Made by a program: the position numbers and the translations under genes | The notes under the pieces: model-generated | The model's input: the letters and a program-made list of their open reading frames with translations, nothing else | Databases searched by the model: none | Told to the model about the DNA's origin: nothing | IMG/VR virus record: IMGVR_UViG_3300012202_000039 | Location: 1-64,000 of that record | Direction: 5' to 3' (one strand) | From: a virus | DNA: 64,000 bases | Shown: positions 27,041-36,685 of the stretch, piece by piece | Position numbering within the stretch: the first letter of the stretch is position 1 | How the letters are laid out: every line of letters starts with the position of its first letter

Positions 27041-27253
27041 ATGAACGAACCTAAGAAAATTTTACATATTACAGTTGGTTCTGATGATTGGTATTCTACT
27101 AATGTAGAATTGGAGCAAGTTTATAATTTATTTAAAAATGGTATATTAAATGCGCATAATTGTGTTACACAAAGAGGTATTGAAGTTAAGGCTATAGATA
27201 ATATTGAAGATATAGATGAAATTGTCATCAGGCGTAAGATGAAATTACCTTAA
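27041..27253 (+). CDS. Stand-alone homologue of a portal subdomain (70 aa)
   Basis: ILHITVGSDDWYSTNVEL...VTQRGIEVKAI aligns to spliced portal IGWARVGDDEWEPTNNEL...VTRNGIDYQDI. Confidence 0.65.
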   Translation: MNEPKKILHITVGSDDWYSTNVELEQVYNLFKNGILNAHNCVTQRGIEVKAIDNIEDIDEIVIRRKMKLP

Positions 27254-27285
27254 ATAATACACCAAAACTAGCCAATTCTATATGG

Positions 27286-27320
27286 AATAGCCCTAAGGTA
27301 TCACCTTAGGGCTATTTTTT
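27286..27320 (+). terminator. Intrinsic terminator closing the hfq-tubulin unit
   Basis: AATAGCCCTAAGGT-ATC-ACCTTAGGGCTATT plus T run. Confidence 0.9.
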
Positions 27321-27388
27321 CGTTTAAAGTTATCTAATTTATTAGATACTATTCAATAGTATCTAATTCTCTCCTAAAGGAATATAAA

Positions 27389-28309
27389 ATGTACCTAGGC
27401 CACGTAGTCAAAGCTGAAGCTATCCCTCAGTGGTTTTCTGATATGAATAAAGAAGGTCAACAAGGCTACTTAAAAGATCACCCTAACTCCAAGATTGCTC
27501 ATACAGTTAAGAATAATCCGAAAGCTTTGAAATCTGGTAGTAGGGGTGGAACTAATAAACCAGCTCCACACGATCCTAAGAAGACTCTAGATATTATCAA
27601 AAAGAATCCTAGGGTTCAGAAGGCGCTTAAACCAAATTCTCCAGAACGACAGGAATTAGCTGGTAATTTAAAGAAATATAAAAAATTAATGGATAAGACC
27701 TATAAAGGATTAGATTTAGAAACTAGAGATGCACTTAGGGCTACTTCTGCTAAACTAAAAGCTGGTAAGAAATTAGATGAAAAAGATATGCAAGGTATAG
27801 TAAATTTAACAAATGAATATACTAAGAAAAATAAATACGGATTAGGTAAGGCGGCAGCCAATGCAGTTGGTGCGGGTATTGGTGTTGCTGCTATGAACGT
27901 GGGCGGAGCGTTAACATTATATACTGGTGGTTTGGCAGGAACATTAGGAATTGGGGCAGCAGGTACAGCTGCCGCTATTGCCGCTCCTCTTGGTATTGGG
28001 CTGTTAGCAGTTGGCGCAGGTATATATGGGTATAATGCATTTAAGGGTATTAGAGGAAATTTTAGAAATTTACGAGGCAAAACTAAAATTAACGACAGAG
28101 AAACCCAAGAATTACTTAAACACAAGAATGAATTCAGTACTATTACAGCTTACTTCTACACTAAAGCAGAAGACAATACTCCCGATGATCCTATTCAAAC
28201 TATTCTAGATCACATGTCTAAGGCGGTGCAGACTACTAATCTCTCCCCAGAGATGTGGGCACAGATGTTAACTCCTATTAAAAGTGAAGCTAAAGAAAAA
28301 GAGGAATAG
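27389..28309 (+). CDS. Candidate internal head protein with Gly/Ala-rich hydrophobic hairpin (paralogue A)
   Basis: WFSDMNKEGQQGYLKDHPNSK motif; long GxxxG-rich segment. Confidence 0.55.
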   Translation: MYLGHVVKAEAIPQWFSDMNKEGQQGYLKDHPNSKIAHTVKNNPKALKSGSRGGTNKPAPHDPKKTLDIIKKNPRVQKALKPNSPERQELAGNLKKYKKLMDKTYKGLDLETRDALRATSAKLKAGKKLDEKDMQGIVNLTNEYTKKNKYGLGKAAANAVGAGIGVAAMNVGGALTLYTGGLAGTLGIGAAGTAAAIAAPLGIGLLAVGAGIYGYNAFKGIRGNFRNLRGKTKINDRETQELLKHKNEFSTITAYFYTKAEDNTPDDPIQTILDHMSKAVQTTNLSPEMWAQMLTPIKSEAKEKEE

Positions 28310-28311
28310 AG

Positions 28312-29160
28312 ATGTATTTTCCCTCTGAAAAAGAATATTTTAAAATAATGTCTAGTGTTGGCAAGCTAGACATTAATATAGATTTAAATGAAATATTATC
28401 TTCAGTAATACCTCTACATAATATCAGGTCTTATTACGAAGGTGCTAAAGCTTTACCTAAGTTCGACAAATCTAGTCTCAATAAGATATCACAGTCTGGA
28501 ACTAAGTCTATAAATAAAGCTAAAACTACATTAAAATCTAACGGCGTTAATATAACTTTACTTCAAAGCTTATGCTATAAGTATGGTAAAACCTATCGTG
28601 CCGGCTTTGATCCACAGAAATTCGCTCAACATATCAAAGAAATTCACACTAAAGTATCAGTTAAAGAGTTACCTAAAACTATACTATTATTACTAGTCAT
28701 GCTTATAGCCTCGTTATTATTTCAAATGATATTATTCTCAATTATAGTAACCGGTTTATCCGCTGTCGGTATATCTATAGCTGGAGGCTTTATATTTACA
28801 ATAGTTAACATCATTTACTTAGTTCTAGGGGCGCCTATATTTGAAGAAACTGCCAAAAAATACGCAAATGAACATGGATTTGGAAATACTTATGTAACAT
28901 TATTTACTTACGCCGAATTTGCTAAATACGTAATTACTTTTGCACATGCCGGCGTTGCCGTCCTAACTATTGTAGCTTATAGAATATTAGCAGCAGTTCT
29001 TCATTTTTATACACATTATTTACAAAAAGAAAATGTAGATTTTACGGGTAAGAAAAGTGATATTAAGAATGCAGGTTACAAAACAGGACTAGCAGTTCAC
29101 GGTCTTTGGAATTTTTGTTTAGGCGGCTTACCCATGGTACTACAACTTATTCTTAAATAA
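28312..29160 (+). CDS. PrsW/CPBP-type intramembrane glutamic protease
   Basis: TM helices with APIFEETAK (EExxK), FTYAE, AVLH and HGLWN motifs. Confidence 0.75.
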   Translation: MYFPSEKEYFKIMSSVGKLDINIDLNEILSSVIPLHNIRSYYEGAKALPKFDKSSLNKISQSGTKSINKAKTTLKSNGVNITLLQSLCYKYGKTYRAGFDPQKFAQHIKEIHTKVSVKELPKTILLLLVMLIASLLFQMILFSIIVTGLSAVGISIAGGFIFTIVNIIYLVLGAPIFEETAKKYANEHGFGNTYVTLFTYAEFAKYVITFAHAGVAVLTIVAYRILAAVLHFYTHYLQKENVDFTGKKSDIKNAGYKTGLAVHGLWNFCLGGLPMVLQLILK

Positions 29161-29177
29161 TATAGGAAGCTAGAGAA

Positions 29178-29894
29178 ATGCCAGATAAAAAAGCTTTACA
29201 AAAAATTATCGATGATCCCCGAACTAAAAAGGCTATGCAATCTAACTCTCCTGAAAGACAAGCTTTAGCTAAGACAATTCTCAAATATAGAAAACCCGTA
29301 CAGAAAGTTTATAAATCTCTCCTACCAGGAGAGAAATTACTTATGGATGCTATAGCTAATAAGTTACGTAAGAATGAGAAACTAGATAAGAATGATATTA
29401 AGGATTTATCTAGTTTCACTCAAAGATATACACAGGAGATCGATCCCGCTTCCTATAAAAACATGTATAAGTATGAACGAAATAGTAGTTTACAAGGAGG
29501 ATTATTAGCATTCGCTTTAATACCTTGGGCTGCTAAAGGTTTAGCAACTCAATTTAGTGGTCCTCTTGTTGGTCTCGCGGCAGGTGTTGTTTCTTTCCCA
29601 CCGGCCGTAATTTTTGGTACAGCAGCTTTAGCTGGTTTATCTTTAGGTATGGAAATATATAGTGCATATAAAGGTATTAAGAATTGGATTATGCGTATAA
29701 GAGGTACGGATAAAATTGATACAGATCAACTAAAAAGTGTATTAAAACATCAACCTTTAAGTCATGTACATGCTTACTATATATCAGCGGATAACGATAA
29801 TTCTGAAGCAACCGTCGATACAATTCTAAAAGCCACGGCTAAAGCAATTTTAACTGTTAAAATTAATCCAGAGGATCTTATGAAAGCTGCGTAA
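29178..29894 (+). CDS. Candidate internal head membrane protein (paralogue B)
   Basis: NSPERQALA and YSAYKGIK..RGTDKI shared with 27389; hydrophobic hairpin. Confidence 0.55.
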   Translation: MPDKKALQKIIDDPRTKKAMQSNSPERQALAKTILKYRKPVQKVYKSLLPGEKLLMDAIANKLRKNEKLDKNDIKDLSSFTQRYTQEIDPASYKNMYKYERNSSLQGGLLAFALIPWAAKGLATQFSGPLVGLAAGVVSFPPAVIFGTAALAGLSLGMEIYSAYKGIKNWIMRIRGTDKIDTDQLKSVLKHQPLSHVHAYYISADNDNSEATVDTILKATAKAILTVKINPEDLMKAA

Positions 29895-29895
29895 T

Positions 29896-30720
29896 ATGTT
29901 AATATTTGCTACTGAAGATAAAAATTCTTGGTTCTACGATATGAATAAAGATCAACAGGATTTGTATATCACTAGGCATCCTAACTCCAAATTCGCTAAA
30001 CAAGCGTCACCAGAACAAGGTGACGCTGATGCTTTTTCTACACATATTTTAGACGATAAAAAAGTACAGAAGGCTACACAGCCTCACTCCAAACAGCGTA
30101 AACAAGCCGCTAATAGTGTTACTAACCAAGGGAAATTAATCGAGGATTATTATAGTAAACTGCCTAAGACTGATAAGCTTAAGTTAGATAGTTTCACTAA
30201 AAAATTAAGTAATAAAGAAAAGATATCTAAAGTAGATTTTAAACCAGTTAAAACATTCTTTAATAAATATCAAAAGTGGGTTAAAGGTTTAGATAGCGAA
30301 AAAATTGGTAAACTAGCTATTAAGGGTGCGGCCGTTTTTGCTATTGGCTCTTTCGTGGCAGCTAATATACCTCTAGCTGCTTTAGCTGGAGTGGTATTTT
30401 TATCTAGTAAGTTTAAAGGACCGGAACCTAAATTTTTGGGTCCAGTTAGGCAGCCTAAAAAAGAAGCAGAAACTGAAGAATCTGCACCTAAGTATACTAA
30501 ATCCAAGCCTAATATAATCGATACTGAATACGAAGAAGTTCCTAACGATGAGTATCTTGATCATAAACAACCTAAGCAATTGCAACATATCACTAGCTAC
30601 TTTAATATAGCAGCAGTAGATAATACTCCACAAATTCTAGTTAAGCATTTAGCTGATGCACTTCAGTCACATAACTTTACCAAAGAACAGTGGCAATATT
30701 TATTACGGCACCAATCATGA
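29896..30720 (+). CDS. Candidate internal head membrane protein (paralogue C)
   Basis: WFYDMNKDQQDLYITRHPNSK shared with 27389; hydrophobic segment. Confidence 0.55.
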   Translation: MLIFATEDKNSWFYDMNKDQQDLYITRHPNSKFAKQASPEQGDADAFSTHILDDKKVQKATQPHSKQRKQAANSVTNQGKLIEDYYSKLPKTDKLKLDSFTKKLSNKEKISKVDFKPVKTFFNKYQKWVKGLDSEKIGKLAIKGAAVFAIGSFVAANIPLAALAGVVFLSSKFKGPEPKFLGPVRQPKKEAETEESAPKYTKSKPNIIDTEYEEVPNDEYLDHKQPKQLQHITSYFNIAAVDNTPQILVKHLADALQSHNFTKEQWQYLLRHQS

Positions 30721-32342
30721 TTAATCTCGCTGCTTTCTACGAAGAACAAGCTAACGCTATTACTATCGATGAAAAGCTGATAGAAGAATTAATTCAATAC
30801 ATCTCAGATGTAGCTGATATATTAGAATTTGGTCCGTTAAAAGTAGAAGAATACAAGTTACTTCATGTTAGAAATTTTACTAATCAAATATTAAAAAATC
30901 ACCCTGTTCGTAATAAATATACCTACCTTTACCGTTTTCACTACGGTAAAGCTTTTGTACATATTAACCCCACTACTAATATCAAAGCAGTTAAATTTAT
31001 AGTAACTGCAACCGAACAACAGATAGAAAAGCCCAAACCACATAAAATTATTGCCTATACTAGTATAATTGATAATCTACCTCTAAGATGGGATCCTAAA
31101 ACTAAGAAGAATATTAAAACTCAGTTAAAAACTATCTACACCGAAGAAGAACTTCGGGTGATAATAAACCGATTTAAACAAAAGAACCCCGGTTCAGATG
31201 ATATGGATATCGCTAAATATTTGATGTTATTATTAAAACATCCGCCTAAGGGTCATGAATCTATCTTAGATGGTTTATCACTTAATGATGCTGAAAAACA
31301 AGTCATTGTTCAGAGTTTATCTCCTCACGAAATTAACGAAGTAATCGCAATTTGGCGAGAAAGTTTTCAAGGTAAAAATCATCCGATTCAATTCTTATTT
31401 AAAAATGCTATATTACGTAACAAACGTCGTGTACCCGTATCTAAACAAATATTAGATAATAAAACTAAACTTATTAATTCTTTAGCTATTGATAAAGAAG
31501 ATAAATATACTTTAGATAATAAGTTCTCTTATGTAGAAATTATCGATATAGTGGAAGCTTACAAAAAACGTACTGGTAATGAACAACCTACTATCTTAAA
31601 TCTTAGTGATCTTTTTCAAATAGTATTAGATGATTACGTAGCTATGAATATTCGCTTTATTCTAACTAAAGTGGGTACGGCGGATTGGCCGAAAATCCAT
31701 GAAGAACTTGATCACCAATCTTATTTAAATCCAGGTAAAGATATTAATTTTACCGATGATGAGCGTCTACCGCCCCATCTACTCAAAGAAGAACCAGATT
31801 TTTATAAAGAAGAAAAAACTCTTATTGAAACCCCAAGAGATCTTTATAAAGGTTTTATTAATTTTATTACATCGGGTAGACTATATATTAATGCCCGAGC
31901 CTACGAGACCTGGTATTTATCCGAAGGCATAGCAAATTACTTCGCTTTCGAGGTATACAAAGCCCACCCGTTTAAGAATGAATTTCAGCAGCCGTTTACA
32001 TTATTACCTTCTATCTTAACCTACGATAATCTAAAAGCTCCTATTTTAATATCTCCCTGGTATATAGCCGCTATATTAGAGACCTTCCCTGAAGCAGCTA
32101 TTAAGCGAGTAACGTCTAACACTAAATATCTCTTAGATATCAAGCGTGTCTCGCATCGTTTACAACGAGTTTTCGGAGAAAAGGGGGCTTATGCTGTAAT
32201 TTTACATCATGAAGGTACTAATAAACATGTTCATCCTATTTCTGCGGTAGAAGCTAAACCGCAGTCCGCTAATATTACTATTCCAACTGGTGTACCTTCA
32301 CGTCAAGTAATAGAATATTTAGATAATTATATGAGAGTATAA
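30717..32342 (+). CDS. Hypothetical protein
   Basis: ORF track; in-frame ATG 30717 gives ATGA coupling to the upstream stop. Confidence 0.65.
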   Translation: MINLAAFYEEQANAITIDEKLIEELIQYISDVADILEFGPLKVEEYKLLHVRNFTNQILKNHPVRNKYTYLYRFHYGKAFVHINPTTNIKAVKFIVTATEQQIEKPKPHKIIAYTSIIDNLPLRWDPKTKKNIKTQLKTIYTEEELRVIINRFKQKNPGSDDMDIAKYLMLLLKHPPKGHESILDGLSLNDAEKQVIVQSLSPHEINEVIAIWRESFQGKNHPIQFLFKNAILRNKRRVPVSKQILDNKTKLINSLAIDKEDKYTLDNKFSYVEIIDIVEAYKKRTGNEQPTILNLSDLFQIVLDDYVAMNIRFILTKVGTADWPKIHEELDHQSYLNPGKDINFTDDERLPPHLLKEEPDFYKEEKTLIETPRDLYKGFINFITSGRLYINARAYETWYLSEGIANYFAFEVYKAHPFKNEFQQPFTLLPSILTYDNLKAPILISPWYIAAILETFPEAAIKRVTSNTKYLLDIKRVSHRLQRVFGEKGAYAVILHHEGTNKHVHPISAVEAKPQSANITIPTGVPSRQVIEYLDNYMRV

Positions 32343-32343
32343 A

Positions 32344-32640
32344 ATGAAAACTATAAACGAACTTATATTATCTTATACTATTCCTATCGATCAATACTGC
32401 GACGAAATCGATAAATATTGTGAAACTGCTAATATTAAAATTGTAAAACCGTGCACCTTTAACGACTCAGTTTATTCTATTATTATAGCTAATATTTTAC
32501 ATTATGATAAATTTCGTGAACTTCTGACTAATATAGAGTTACTCTGTCGTTCACATGGTCGTTATGATATGTATATTATCTCTAGTTCTTTAGGTTTAAA
32601 AATCACAATTAAAGTCTATGATCAATATTTAAAGGCTTAA
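32344..32640 (+). CDS. Hypothetical protein
   Basis: ORF track. Confidence 0.55.
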   Translation: MKTINELILSYTIPIDQYCDEIDKYCETANIKIVKPCTFNDSVYSIIIANILHYDKFRELLTNIELLCRSHGRYDMYIISSSLGLKITIKVYDQYLKA

Positions 32641-32643
32641 ATT

Positions 32644-33468
32644 ATGCCAGCACAGGGACCACATGTATCTACTACTCGCTTCCTAAATAAAAAAGCTACA
32701 CATAGTGATGATAATAAATCTGAAGAAAACATTCGTCATCTAATTAAAATATATCGAGATATTAAAACTATTACTGGTAATTGCCAACTTAAGGATGATA
32801 AGATTCTCATCTTTGAAGAGAATTTTAGCCAATTTGTTATGAAGTTAAAAGAAGATGGATGGAAGTTATCTAACCTTACTTTTAGTACGCACACTAAAAC
32901 TATATATATGAAGAAGGATGATATCGAGATAGGATTAGATAACCGAATTAATCAAAATCAAACTAGTCCGATAAAGTTATATATCTATAATACTATAGAT
33001 GAAGATTTAGATAATAAGCCCACGGGTATGTTACCGATGGATATGATAATGAATTCTCCAGCATATAAAAAAATGCACGAGGAAGAATCCGCTTTCGGTG
33101 ATAAACTTAAGAAAGGATTTAATCTAACCAATATAATTAAATCTTTATTAAAGTATTTAGTATCTAAGCAGGAAAGAGATAGTGCTAAAAAACTCTTAAA
33201 ATTATCCAAAGAAATTGAAGATTCTATCGATGAACACGAGGAACGTATACGTAGCGAAATGAAGTATTTAGCTCAAACTATTAACCCTCTTATTAACGAC
33301 ATTAAGAAACTCAAGGTTAGTATAGATGAATTAGATGAATCCGGGGGTAAACAGAAATTAAAGCAAAACTTAGATAACTATTTAAATCATTTAGTAGATT
33401 ACGTCCGTAATCCTCTGATTAGCTGTGCAGAAATAACTAAGTCTATCTCTGAAAGACTAGAGTCATGA
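32644..33468 (+). CDS. Hypothetical protein with coiled-coil C-terminus
   Basis: ORF track. Confidence 0.6.
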   Translation: MPAQGPHVSTTRFLNKKATHSDDNKSEENIRHLIKIYRDIKTITGNCQLKDDKILIFEENFSQFVMKLKEDGWKLSNLTFSTHTKTIYMKKDDIEIGLDNRINQNQTSPIKLYIYNTIDEDLDNKPTGMLPMDMIMNSPAYKKMHEEESAFGDKLKKGFNLTNIIKSLLKYLVSKQERDSAKKLLKLSKEIEDSIDEHEERIRSEMKYLAQTINPLINDIKKLKVSIDELDESGGKQKLKQNLDNYLNHLVDYVRNPLISCAEITKSISERLES

Positions 33469-34463
33469 ATATCCCACGTATTGTAGGTAGATTATGTAAC
33501 TACGTAGACAATAAATTTTTCCCTCACCATATATACTCTTCTACTAAAATCACTTTAAAGCCTCTACCGGTTATGTGGTTTGAGAATGAGAAAGGTGATA
33601 AAATTTCTTTTATGTATGAAGGTAAGCCTCCTACAGAAGAAATGCCAGATATAAAAGACTACCCTTATGCGCATATGCGCATGAATGCTATTATTAGAGA
33701 TGATATTTTTAAACGAGATAAAACTGGAGATGATGGTGATAATATTATTGGTAGTAGGCAGCGAGGGTTTAATGGAGATTTAGCCCTTAGTCTGGCTAAT
33801 AATTCTAACTTAAAATTATCTGAAGCTATTGCGTTTTGTGCTACATGCTGCGAAAGATGTATGAATTTATTAGCGAATAAATTAGGTTTATCTTGGGGAT
33901 ATACGCCAGATAGTGAAGATGCTAAGAAAGTTAATACTTCTTGTGAGGTTTGCCCGCAAGTAGCAGAGTTATTTCCTAAAGATAGTATCAAGTATAGCAT
34001 AGAAAAAGCTTCTACTTTAGATATAGATACTCAGCTAGACTTTAAAAGATATTATCATACTGCAAATATAGATTGGTCATATTATGCAGAAGATGAAATA
34101 GCTAGAATAGTAGCTAAATTCTTACCTTATGATATTAAGTTAACTTCCAATTTAAAAGATAGTATACATACTTTTATAAATAAGTGTCAGAAAGAGAATT
34201 GGTTCGAAGTACAAGCTAAAGAATCTTATCGGTATCTTATTAACTCAGCTATACTTAATCTTATCTCTAGTTTAAAATCTAATTCTAAACAGCCCAAGAT
34301 ATTATTGATTAAGGCTAAGATATATCCTCTGTATAGTAATGAAGCCAATCTATTTATTCCTAAAGAAATGCCCTTATCTCGCTACCAACACGATATATTA
34401 GCTACTATTCTTAATAAAAATGTAAAAGAAATAACTCCAAAAATGCTAAAATATATCAATTAA
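33465..34463 (+). CDS. Hypothetical protein with Cys cluster
   Basis: CATCCERC...CEVC. Confidence 0.6.
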   Translation: MNIPRIVGRLCNYVDNKFFPHHIYSSTKITLKPLPVMWFENEKGDKISFMYEGKPPTEEMPDIKDYPYAHMRMNAIIRDDIFKRDKTGDDGDNIIGSRQRGFNGDLALSLANNSNLKLSEAIAFCATCCERCMNLLANKLGLSWGYTPDSEDAKKVNTSCEVCPQVAELFPKDSIKYSIEKASTLDIDTQLDFKRYYHTANIDWSYYAEDEIARIVAKFLPYDIKLTSNLKDSIHTFINKCQKENWFEVQAKESYRYLINSAILNLISSLKSNSKQPKILLIKAKIYPLYSNEANLFIPKEMPLSRYQHDILATILNKNVKEITPKMLKYIN

Positions 34464-34481
34464 TATATCATGGCAAACATT

Positions 34482-34525
34482 AAATATAAATAGCCGGGAA
34501 TATATTCGCGGCTATTTATATTTTT
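34482..34525 (+). terminator. Intrinsic terminator
   Basis: AAATATAAATAGCCG...CGGCTATTTATATTT inverted repeat. Confidence 0.75.
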
Positions 34526-34631
34526 AGAGCTATTTTGGCATTTTTACTACATTAATAATTTATCGCATATGTTTGATTGAAGGTTGATCAAATATGTGTT
34601 TACTTTAGCCATTTAATGAAGGATTATTTTT

Positions 34632-36656
34632 ATGCAAAACGCTCGTCTGGCTAAGATCCTTAGTACTGCCAAACTCCCGCTGATCGTAGCCCACAAGAAG
34701 GGTGAGATCCGAGCGACTAATCTACGTCGCTTTCGCGATACGGAGGCTAAGGTACGCCTGGTGACGAATGATATGAAGGCCCCGATGTCTATTCTTTCGG
34801 GTTCTCCATTAAAGCAAGATCTTAGGGCTACTGTAGTTATTAGCGCTTCTGATATTGCTAAGCTCGTACCTTTTGCTTATTCAAAGAAGACTAATATTGT
34901 ATATCGCACTACTCCTGAAATAGCACGAGCATTCTCTAGAATTGAAAATGCTCGTGTGCATTGCGCAGTTTCTTCTGCGGTTATGTCAGTTAATATTAAT
35001 AAGACTGTATTAGCCGCAGCTATGGAGACTGATGTTAGTTTAAAACATAATACGAAATTCCCAGGTGAGATGGGCGAAGATGATAATCCCGTTACCACTA
35101 TGGACACATCTGAACTTGACTCAGATGATTTAGATGCGCTTAATGGCGACGCCATGGATGATAATAGGGTTCCATTAGATGAAGATGAGCGTGTTGAAGA
35201 TGATTACGAAGCTCCAGATGGTGGTTATCGTCAGGTAGAGAAAGACGATATGGATAATCACGGGCTACCCAAGGTGGCTGCTTCAGTTAAGAAAAATAGA
35301 ATTGCCGCTAAAAAGCGTCGTGTAAAGGCCGCAGAAATGAAGGGTTTGGACGATAATACTACTCCTTCGCGCGGCGGCGGTTACGATTATGAAGGTGGCG
35401 ATGATAATGAAACAAAGATGAGTGATGATGACGATATGGACATGGATGATGACATGTCCGATGATGACGATATGGACATGGATGACGACATGTCTGATGA
35501 AAAAGATATGGATGATGATAATGGTGACGAAGATGCGTCAGAAGCTGACAGTGAATCCGGGGTTGATGATCAAGAATCCCGAGATATGTTAGCTGATGGC
35601 GATACAACAATGAATGACGGCGATATGCGCGCCCGTGATGGCGATAATGATGAAACTATGATGAGCGATGACGACGACATGAATATGTCGGAAAATGAAG
35701 ATGATGAAAAAGATATGGATGATGATGGTGAAGAAGATGTTTCCGAAGATGATAGTGAATTAATGAATGATGATGGCGCACCGAATAATGTACAGTCGCC
35801 AAATAATATGCGTCGAGCCCCTGATGGTAATACAGAAATGGCATCTGTGTACCGGGCTAATCTATTAGAAGAATTATCTGCTTTGAAGAATAAGCGTGTT
35901 GATATTGTCGAAGCTGGTGGTGATAAATCAGTATATTATCTTTTCTATAATCATAATCCTGTTGCAGTTATGAATCCAATTCATGCATCAGATATGGTTA
36001 AGCAATTAGCTGCTTTTCCAGTTAAATTTAAGCATGCTTTCTTTGCAGCTACTCGGGATAAGGGTATTACTGCAAGTGTAGCTAAAGATTTTGGTTTAAA
36101 ACCGCTGGTTATTAAACTTACCGCCGCTACTCTTATCAATAAAGCTATTGCTAAGAAAGTAAAGGAAATTAAGGCTAATTACCACCGTCGTGGTAATAAT
36201 ATTCGTAAGCGTTTACAGCACAGCATTAATATTGCTGCTGTTGGTATTAATAAGAATTTCTGGAAGGCTACAACTAACCCTCTGCGGGAAAATCTTTGCC
36301 AGGAATTAGCCGCTAATAATGTTCGTAATCCTGAACGTATTATCGATAAGGTTTTCGAACATCATGGCGAAGAGTATCTTCGTACTATTATGACACGAGC
36401 TTCTATTATCGCTAAAAAGCCGCCTTCTTTCCGTGAAGAACTCGCTCATACAGTTGAAGATGCAAATTATCAGCCAATTAAGCGTAGCGAAGGTGATGTG
36501 CTTGTTGAACGTTTAGTTCATGGTAATCAGATAGTTAGTGATGATGAAGATTTCAGCGTAGAATCTTCAGATAATAGTGATTATGATTATCGTAATCCTA
36601 ATGTCGATGAGGTTACTGCCCTGCGTAATCAGCTAAAGCTTGGTGGTCGGCGTTAA
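34632..36656 (+). CDS. Scaffold/prohead-core-like protein with Asp/Met-rich low-complexity centre
   Basis: Two genes upstream of the MCP; highly acidic repeat centre, basic flanks. Confidence 0.55.
   Translation: MQNARLAKILSTAKLPLIVAHKKGEIRATNLRRFRDTEAKVRLVTNDMKAPMSILSGSPLKQDLRATVVISASDIAKLVPFAYSKKTNIVYRTTPEIARAFSRIENARVHCAVSSAVMSVNINKTVLAAAMETDVSLKHNTKFPGEMGEDDNPVTTMDTSELDSDDLDALNGDAMDDNRVPLDEDERVEDDYEAPDGGYRQVEKDDMDNHGLPKVAASVKKNRIAAKKRRVKAAEMKGLDDNTTPSRGGGYDYEGGDDNETKMSDDDDMDMDDDMSDDDDMDMDDDMSDEKDMDDDNGDEDASEADSESGVDDQESRDMLADGDTTMNDGDMRARDGDNDETMMSDDDDMNMSENEDDEKDMDDDGEEDVSEDDSELMNDDGAPNNVQSPNNMRRAPDGNTEMASVYRANLLEELSALKNKRVDIVEAGGDKSVYYLFYNHNPVAVMNPIHASDMVKQLAAFPVKFKHAFFAATRDKGITASVAKDFGLKPLVIKLTAATLINKAIAKKVKEIKANYHRRGNNIRKRLQHSINIAAVGINKNFWKATTNPLRENLCQELAANNVRNPERIIDKVFEHHGEEYLRTIMTRASIIAKKPPSFREELAHTVEDANYQPIKRSEGDVLVERLVHGNQIVSDDEDFSVESSDNSDYDYRNPNVDEVTALRNQLKLGGRR
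35418..35770 (+). repeat. Intragenic 36-nt tandem repeat (MSDDDDMDMDDD) and duplicated acidic block
   Basis: MSDDDDMDMDDD x2 then MSDEKDMDDD; second block NDETMMSDDDDM...EKDMDDDGEEDVSE. Confidence 0.8.
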
Positions 36657-36685
36657 ATTTTTAACTCAATATAGGAAAATATATT

